From an uncultured virus (IMG/VR IMGVR_UViG_3300035210_000191) (taxonomy: Duplodnaviria; Heunggongvirae; Uroviricota; Caudoviricetes), in IMG/VR virus record IMGVR_UViG_3300035210_000191: a DNA stretch of 64,000 nt. One strand, given 5' to 3'. A model generated the notes under the pieces. That model did no database searches. It was not told the DNA's origin and worked only from the letters and a program-made list of their open reading frames with translations. Positions 57,854-64,000 of this stretch are shown here, piece after piece (position 1 is the stretch's first letter; each line of letters opens with the position of its first letter). The translations under genes and the position numbers were made by a program.

Positions 57854-57904
57854 TTTAACTCTAAAAATATGGTATAATCGTGCCATATTTTGGAGATTTA
57901 ATTC

Positions 57905-58666
57905 ATGTCAACTTTATTAGACAATGCTACGTTTATTAAAAACAATATTGTAAAATTTATTGTTGACGTTTTAGTTTGTGAATTAGATTCTTTTTCTATT
58001 GAAGAGAATGCAGATCAAACAGGGGCTATTATTACCTGTTACTACAAAACAGAAAAAAATAAATTGCACTCTATTTCGGCAGATTGTTTACACGACACCC
58101 AAGAAATTAGTATTAAATCCAGTGCAAACCCCGGACTGATTCGAGACTTCTATTGGTTTTTCATGTCTAAACAAGAAAATGAACAACTACATCTTATTAA
58201 AGACTCTATCAACGCCATTCTTAGTGAATTTCAGGTAGGTTCAGTGCATATGAAATTTAATGCTCAGCCTATGGGTGAAATTTACCATGATAAAAAAAGA
58301 AAAAGTAAATATTGTATTCATAAAGAAATGTTACAAGGTAAAATTTCATTTGAAAGCCATTTTAATGAATTTTCTTTCATGAACGCACGTCTTAAATGTA
58401 AACCTTATTACTATTTGGATGGCTCCATATTAAAATCTAGTAAGATGATACAATTTGTTATTACAGCTCAATCATTTTCTCTTGACTTAAAAGATGATGA
58501 AGATTTTTTGAATAGAGTTAATACAATGTGCAGCAGTATTTACGCTATTGTTTTAAAAAACGCAGTTTCTACTATTTCAGAAAAGTTTTGTCTTGATGAT
58601 ATAAGCTGTTTTTCTGAGGATGATATTAAAGGTTATCTAACACTTATTACTATGGAAAATATTTAA
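57905..58666 (+). CDS. Hypothetical protein, MxxI family
   Basis: TGGTATAAT upstream; ends SEDDIKGYLTLITMENI. Confidence 0.8.
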   Translation: MSTLLDNATFIKNNIVKFIVDVLVCELDSFSIEENADQTGAIITCYYKTEKNKLHSISADCLHDTQEISIKSSANPGLIRDFYWFFMSKQENEQLHLIKDSINAILSEFQVGSVHMKFNAQPMGEIYHDKKRKSKYCIHKEMLQGKISFESHFNEFSFMNARLKCKPYYYLDGSILKSSKMIQFVITAQSFSLDLKDDEDFLNRVNTMCSSIYAIVLKNAVSTISEKFCLDDISCFSEDDIKGYLTLITMENI

Positions 58667-59478
58667 TGAACGAATTCACCACTGTTGATAACATTAAACA
58701 AGCATTCAGTTTGATACTGGGTGATGATTATTCTCTTAATTTTTATGAAGATCAAAAAACGTTTTATTTGTTTAATACTGTGACCATGAAAAGAATGCTC
58801 ACTTTTGAATACGATAAAGAATCTCGTAAATTTAGTTATTATATATTAACTGATTATGATTTTGCTGATACAGCAAGCTCTATTTTCAAACAAGTGATGG
58901 AATTTAAAACCTGTCAGATGATTTCAGATGCGTTTTTTTATCATGAAATTTCTAAGATTATTTTCAAAGATCCTATTGTTTTTGACGAAAAAACGTTTCA
59001 TCGATCAAAAAACTTGGGTAAACAGATAAAATCTTCTCCTAACTTCTATTACAGAAATGCATGGAATATGATTTTTGTAGAGATGGGTTATATTGTAACA
59101 GAAAATTTTAACATTAAACCGATTATTGATTTTTGTATCAATTTGCGTGGTTTTGGTAAAATTCGATTTTTTGTTGATGAGGATGCAGGAACATTTACTA
59201 AACTATTGGATACAACGCATTACAATTTATGTACAGAACAGCCTGATCTTAGTAATACTGTCGGCAGTATTATCTCATCAGCCGATGTCGGAGTAAAAGA
59301 TAGCGTTAATGATGAACCTACTTTGGTTAACCTTAATGATTACATTCAGGATTTCATGATTAAGCTGTCAACTGAGTTATACCCGTTTTATGTCAATCAA
59401 TTTAATTTGGTAGACATCAGTAGTGAGGCTAATGGATCTCTTAATGATTTTAAAGTATTGGAGATGTTAAAAGTATGA
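58666..59478 (+). CDS. Hypothetical protein, MxxI family
   Basis: TAATG coupling; ends LNDFKVLEMLKV. Confidence 0.8.
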   Translation: MNEFTTVDNIKQAFSLILGDDYSLNFYEDQKTFYLFNTVTMKRMLTFEYDKESRKFSYYILTDYDFADTASSIFKQVMEFKTCQMISDAFFYHEISKIIFKDPIVFDEKTFHRSKNLGKQIKSSPNFYYRNAWNMIFVEMGYIVTENFNIKPIIDFCINLRGFGKIRFFVDEDAGTFTKLLDTTHYNLCTEQPDLSNTVGSIISSADVGVKDSVNDEPTLVNLNDYIQDFMIKLSTELYPFYVNQFNLVDISSEANGSLNDFKVLEMLKV

Positions 59479-60254
59479 CAAATAAAAAAGAAGTCAATCA
59501 CCTTTTGTTTATTAAAAAGGATTTTAGTCACCTATTGAAAGAAAAATTTAATCTTGATGTGATTGGAACTAATATTAAACATAAAGTCGATATGTGTCAG
59601 TCTGATGTCATTAAATTTACTGTGTGTTTCAATAATGAGCATAAGTTTATTTATGTCTATATTAATCGACAAGATAAAAAGACTATTCATATTTCAACTG
59701 ATATTAATGAAACCTTTCTTGATGAACTATCTCAACTGCTTTTGCATAAAGATGCTGATTCATTCATCAAAGATTTTAATAAGGGATTTTTAGACTTTAC
59801 GAACAAATATAGTTTATTAAAGTCTTCAGATTTTCATGATGAACCCTTCTTTAAATCACAGTTTGGTTTCATTAGATCGTACAGCTCTCATTCTTATTTT
59901 TATGCGATGAGAAGCTATTCGAACCATTTTTTGAATGCTAAATTATACAAAGTTCAAAATTCAATGATTATGATGACCACTAAATTGATGTTTCAATATT
60001 GTGATGGTCAATTTATTGCGTATCCTTATCTTAAAATTAAGTTTGGTTCTGTTGAACATGATATTCATTTGTCGAGTGCTCACACTATGCAGAATAATCT
60101 TGCTGGTTTTTTGACAAAAGTTAAAAATGAAATCGACCCTATTGTGCAAACTCTTTTCAAAAAATTATTTGATATTGATGAAGCAGGTTTTAAAGCTCTC
60201 AATAAAGAATCTTTTGAAGATCACCTCGCCATCATTGCAATGCAGCATATTTGA
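59475..60254 (+). CDS. Hypothetical protein, MxxI family
   Basis: ATGA coupling; ends SFEDHLAIIAMQHI. Confidence 0.8.
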   Translation: MTNKKEVNHLLFIKKDFSHLLKEKFNLDVIGTNIKHKVDMCQSDVIKFTVCFNNEHKFIYVYINRQDKKTIHISTDINETFLDELSQLLLHKDADSFIKDFNKGFLDFTNKYSLLKSSDFHDEPFFKSQFGFIRSYSSHSYFYAMRSYSNHFLNAKLYKVQNSMIMMTTKLMFQYCDGQFIAYPYLKIKFGSVEHDIHLSSAHTMQNNLAGFLTKVKNEIDPIVQTLFKKLFDIDEAGFKALNKESFEDHLAIIAMQHI

Positions 60255-60269
60255 GATAGGATATTAATA

Positions 60270-61184
60270 ATGAAAAATATTGATCTAACAGCCTTACTTA
60301 GCAGTATCAACAGTGGTGCTGTCAAAGTGACAACTTTTAATCAAGCAACAAAAGATAACAAGGAAAAACAAGAGGCCGCTATGAAAGAATATGATCCACT
60401 TATAAAACAAATTAGATCTATACTGGTTGATAAGTATGGTCCTAAAACCTATCCTATTGAAATTAATGACCCCTATCAAACTTATGGATTCAGAATTGTT
60501 CTTGAAACTGGTCCTAGACCCTTTGATAATAAATACTTACGAGTTTATAACAATGTGTATGATGGTCAAGCTGTTTATTCAATTTTTAATGATAAGATTG
60601 ATAAAAGTAAAGTTGTTCTCACTTTATTTGAACAGTTGATGGCTGGCCGTGATTTTCCATCTTATATTATGGAGGCTGTTATTGATCGTTATATCAAAGA
60701 GACTAATGAATTTGAATTCTTTGAAAAGTTTGAAAAAAGTGCTATTCCACAACAGTTAAAAGATTTTTTCGTAAAGACTAAAACTTACAAAGATACAAAA
60801 GAGCAACGTTTGTGTAAATCTTATTATGGTTATCTTTCAAAGACTGAGAATTCAAGAAAACAAACGAGCTTTTCATTTTCTCCGTCCAAAGTAGAAATTG
60901 TCTTGCTGCGAGATGAAAAAGGGGGATTCGTGCCGGGATTTTTATTTAACTTACCTGTCTTATCAACTTTAAAATTTAAGTATGCAGTTCCTATGTTTTC
61001 TGATAATATGGAAGCTTCTATTGATGAGCTATTTGAGAAATTTAATGCTAAATTCATAAAGTGTGTGGTTAATATTATTGGTAGAGCTGAAAACTTAAAA
61101 CTGAAGGAGAAAAAATTAATGATGACCTTGCCAAGAGCCGAGTTAATTGGTCGATTGAAAGTAACTGAGATGTTGACGTATTAA
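60270..61184 (+). CDS. Hypothetical protein, MxxI family
   Basis: Ends LIGRLKVTEMLTY. Confidence 0.8.
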   Translation: MKNIDLTALLSSINSGAVKVTTFNQATKDNKEKQEAAMKEYDPLIKQIRSILVDKYGPKTYPIEINDPYQTYGFRIVLETGPRPFDNKYLRVYNNVYDGQAVYSIFNDKIDKSKVVLTLFEQLMAGRDFPSYIMEAVIDRYIKETNEFEFFEKFEKSAIPQQLKDFFVKTKTYKDTKEQRLCKSYYGYLSKTENSRKQTSFSFSPSKVEIVLLRDEKGGFVPGFLFNLPVLSTLKFKYAVPMFSDNMEASIDELFEKFNAKFIKCVVNIIGRAENLKLKEKKLMMTLPRAELIGRLKVTEMLTY

Positions 61185-61186
61185 CG

Positions 61187-61978
61187 ATGTCAAACATTAA
61201 CCAGACGATTATTGACGCTGTTTCTAAAACCTTTGATGGTCATTTTGTTTCGGCCACATTTTTAAACAGTTCAACACTTTCATTAACTCATCAGAACAAT
61301 GAGCCAGTCGCCTTGTTAAATTTTCATGGGAATGTTCTTTCGCGTTCAGTTTTTTATAATGAAGATGTCTATTTATCATGTATTCCAGATATTATGTATA
61401 CCCGAGAAGAAAACAAGCTACTCAAAAAAGCGTTTTCATCTTTTTGCTTGAATGATGCCCTTGTTCATATGATTAAAACTAAGGGGGATTTTGATTTAAA
61501 ATCCATTCATCGAGTCGTTACTGTCAACCAACGAGTCGAGCATATGTTTTATAATTCATGTACATTATCAGATATAGATCTTTATCACTCACCGAAAAGA
61601 CACAACTTCTATTATTCTTATGACAAGCGAATGGTTTTAGATAATGCTGGAAAATTTCACCCGATCTTAGTGTTGGATATCTCTTTAAAACAAAAGACTT
61701 ATTCAATTTTACTATCGCCTGAACTGAATAAAGCGGCGAATATTTCAACGTTTAGTGGAAATAATGCTGATAGGTGTTTATTGACCTTTGAACAATTGTT
61801 CGATAATGGTGTTGAGATTAATGATTTAAAGACTGCAATTGATAGTAATTGGACATACGATATTTTCTTTTACTATATTGACATTCTTCTTAACGACAGG
61901 AAACTGGTTGAGAGTATTTTTGACAGTTGTTCTAATTACGCTGAAATGATGAATTTGGTTGAAATGAATCGTATATAA
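61187..61978 (+). CDS. Hypothetical protein, MxxI family
   Basis: Ends YAEMMNLVEMNRI. Confidence 0.8.
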   Translation: MSNINQTIIDAVSKTFDGHFVSATFLNSSTLSLTHQNNEPVALLNFHGNVLSRSVFYNEDVYLSCIPDIMYTREENKLLKKAFSSFCLNDALVHMIKTKGDFDLKSIHRVVTVNQRVEHMFYNSCTLSDIDLYHSPKRHNFYYSYDKRMVLDNAGKFHPILVLDISLKQKTYSILLSPELNKAANISTFSGNNADRCLLTFEQLFDNGVEINDLKTAIDSNWTYDIFFYYIDILLNDRKLVESIFDSCSNYAEMMNLVEMNRI

Positions 61979-62011
61979 TGTTATACTCATTCATTATTTT
62001 TGGAGCTTATT

Positions 62012-62809
62012 ATGGAAAATTTTAGAAATGCTGTTTCTGGGGCATTTGATACCAGAACAACAAAAACAACATTTTTTGAATATGAGCAATATCCTATGAT
62101 GGACACGCAAGTTCATATTTTGTTTAAAAAACATAAAAACCCCGTTAATATAGATAAAACATTTTTAAGTTTTGCTATTTCGCCGGGACAACCATTTTTC
62201 CATTCAATTTGTCTCAAAGATCTTGCTTTTATAGATAAGTTTAATCAAATGTTTCAAATGCATAAAACATCAAGAGAAGATTTCGTCTTTATCAATGACT
62301 ATCTTCATTCTTTTCATAAAAATGATAATTTTTCAAAATTATTGATAATGAATGATCATATCAAATCTCATGAGTTTTATACTTTCAAAAAATTATATAT
62401 GTTAGAAAAAGACGAGACTAAATATGGTGTAACATCTTGTGTTCACACGTCTTACAGAAGTGTTGCACAATATGAATTTATTAAAAACTTTTCAATAACC
62501 CGTGATGGAGCAATAGCCCTGTTTCCAACTGTTCATTTTTTTAAGCATGTTAATCCATTTTCATTATATTTTAGCCTGTCTGATAAAAAGGTATATAAAC
62601 TTCCAGAAAGTTTAGCTGGCTTAGTGACGTTGGAAGATATTGTAGAAGCCAGCACCCTTTTTACACATCATGACATTGATGTTTTTACAGATGAAATATT
62701 GATGATGTATGTGTGTAATCTTCATAATGGAGTTTATCAAGAATTTTTAGACATACCACAAGAAAATATTTCTGATAAGATAGATTTATTACTAATGACC
62801 ACTATTTAA
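62012..62809 (+). CDS. Hypothetical protein, MxxI family
   Basis: GGAG RBS before ATG 62012; ends ISDKIDLLLMTTI. Confidence 0.8.
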   Translation: MENFRNAVSGAFDTRTTKTTFFEYEQYPMMDTQVHILFKKHKNPVNIDKTFLSFAISPGQPFFHSICLKDLAFIDKFNQMFQMHKTSREDFVFINDYLHSFHKNDNFSKLLIMNDHIKSHEFYTFKKLYMLEKDETKYGVTSCVHTSYRSVAQYEFIKNFSITRDGAIALFPTVHFFKHVNPFSLYFSLSDKKVYKLPESLAGLVTLEDIVEASTLFTHHDIDVFTDEILMMYVCNLHNGVYQEFLDIPQENISDKIDLLLMTTI

Positions 62810-62871
62810 AAATCGTTTACAAAAAAGGCATTCTAATTATCTTAGGTGCCTTTTTTTATTTATTTTAAATA

Positions 62872-63207
62872 TTATTTGACATTTTTCTCTTTGGAACGTT
62901 GGTAATTCATCATTCTTTTTTCCATTTGATAATACCAATGTCTACGTGGATATTGAGCTTTCACTTCGAGCCATGACTTATTGAAAAAGAAATCTAGTGT
63001 TGCTTGTGGTGTCTCCAATGTTACATATTTTGAACTGATGGATATTGATGAACATCCAAGTTCACCACGACTGTCCACAATCAATCCGTTCATATTACGC
63101 AGACGTGTAATCGTTAACAATTCATCGTGCATGAAAAAATCGCTGGATTGTTTAAACTTTGTATAGTAATCATACAATGACCACACATACCTTAATACAT
63201 TTAACAT
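62872..63207 (-). CDS. Hypothetical protein
   Basis: AGGAG RBS; 111 aa. Confidence 0.65.
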   Translation of the reverse strand: MLNVLRYVWSLYDYYTKFKQSSDFFMHDELLTITRLRNMNGLIVDSRGELGCSSISISSKYVTLETPQATLDFFFNKSWLEVKAQYPRRHWYYQMEKRMMNYQRSKEKNVK

Positions 63208-63232
63208 GGTTATCTCCTGTTCAGCAATGTGG

Positions 63233-63850
63233 TTAAATTCTTGCCATCTTTAATAATTCAAAAGCCTGATCATCAAACTGGCTCATGTGCGTAATTTCTA
63301 AGCCAATGCTTTCCCTCAGCATTTCTTGAAATTGTGGATAGATTACGTTTTCATATAACTCTTTATAACTGTAAGCTGTATTTTTCATACCTAATGTACA
63401 TTCCATCATTGGCCCAATCGATATTTCTTTACAAAGGTTGGAATAAGATATGACTTCTTTTTGTTTAATTTCAGGTTCTTTTTTAATTTTCCTTTCTATA
63501 TAGGTCGCTTCAAAACCTTTGCTGAAAACATTAAAACCATAGTCTTTAGGTGTATACAAAAAGTAATCAAAATGAGCGTATATATTAAAAATTTCGATAA
63601 TTTTTTCTAAATATTCGTCGTTTTCATCTTCAAAAGCAATGTTAAAAAAGCTTTTGGCGGTGTGTTTATTGATGATAAAAAGACCTTTGTGTAATCTAAT
63701 ATAGGGTATGTCATTAAAATCAATAAGGACACCTTCCGGTGTACAATTTAATTCACCCGGATTTTTTATTTCTAGAAATTTTCTACTTTTTTCTTTTATT
63801 TTATCAAGTAGCTCTTCTTTGTTTAACATGCTCTCATTCCGCCTTTTCAA
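63233..63850 (-). CDS. Hypothetical protein, MxxI family
   Basis: Ends QFDDQAFELLKMARI; the start may be ATG 63829. Confidence 0.75.
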   Translation of the reverse strand: MKRRNESMLNKEELLDKIKEKSRKFLEIKNPGELNCTPEGVLIDFNDIPYIRLHKGLFIINKHTAKSFFNIAFEDENDEYLEKIIEIFNIYAHFDYFLYTPKDYGFNVFSKGFEATYIERKIKKEPEIKQKEVISYSNLCKEISIGPMMECTLGMKNTAYSYKELYENVIYPQFQEMLRESIGLEITHMSQFDDQAFELLKMARI

Positions 63851-64000
63851 TAATTATCAATAAATTTAAAGGAAATTATAACAAAATATGACAATGAGGT
63901 AAAGCATTATTTAAACACTATTTAAGTTGATTTACTGTTATGTTTTTGATACACTAGCAACCTACTTAAATGATGACTAAGGAAGCTTACAGATGAAACA

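Noticed and set aside
1..64000. CRISPR array, transposase, integrase or phage structural genes
   Set aside because: No regularly spaced repeats and no recognisable motifs for these. The element type is therefore left open.

Overview
Strongly AT-rich, gene-dense DNA that looks like an accessory region of a very large bacterial mobile element. It could be a jumbo phage or a megaplasmid; no virion, conjugation or replicon genes lie in the window, so this cannot be settled here. Recognisable genes are an NAD-dependent DNA ligase, SerRS, an N-terminally truncated ThrRS, a DsbA-family protein, an ATP-grasp protein, a BI-1/YccA-family protein, an SPFH protein, an NTase-like/HAD phosphatase fusion, a PD-(D/E)XK nuclease-like ORF, tRNA-Pro(TGG) and an aberrant tRNA. 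The dominant unexplained signal is that 40 otherwise very divergent ORFs (39 complete, about 190-350 aa, plus one partial), on both strands and often in tandem paralog runs, all end in [LVI]-x-x-M-x-x-[I/Y/V/C]-stop, usually after an acidic patch. This suggests a shared C-terminal docking, targeting or export signal on a large protein repertoire. Also found: an intact ribosome-mediated attenuator with a 6-Thr leader peptide upstream of thrS, two candidate structured ncRNAs, a family of secreted proteins, a four-gene membrane-protein array, and a modular layout of sigma70-like promoters and bidirectional terminators. All family assignments are from motif recognition by eye, not database searches.
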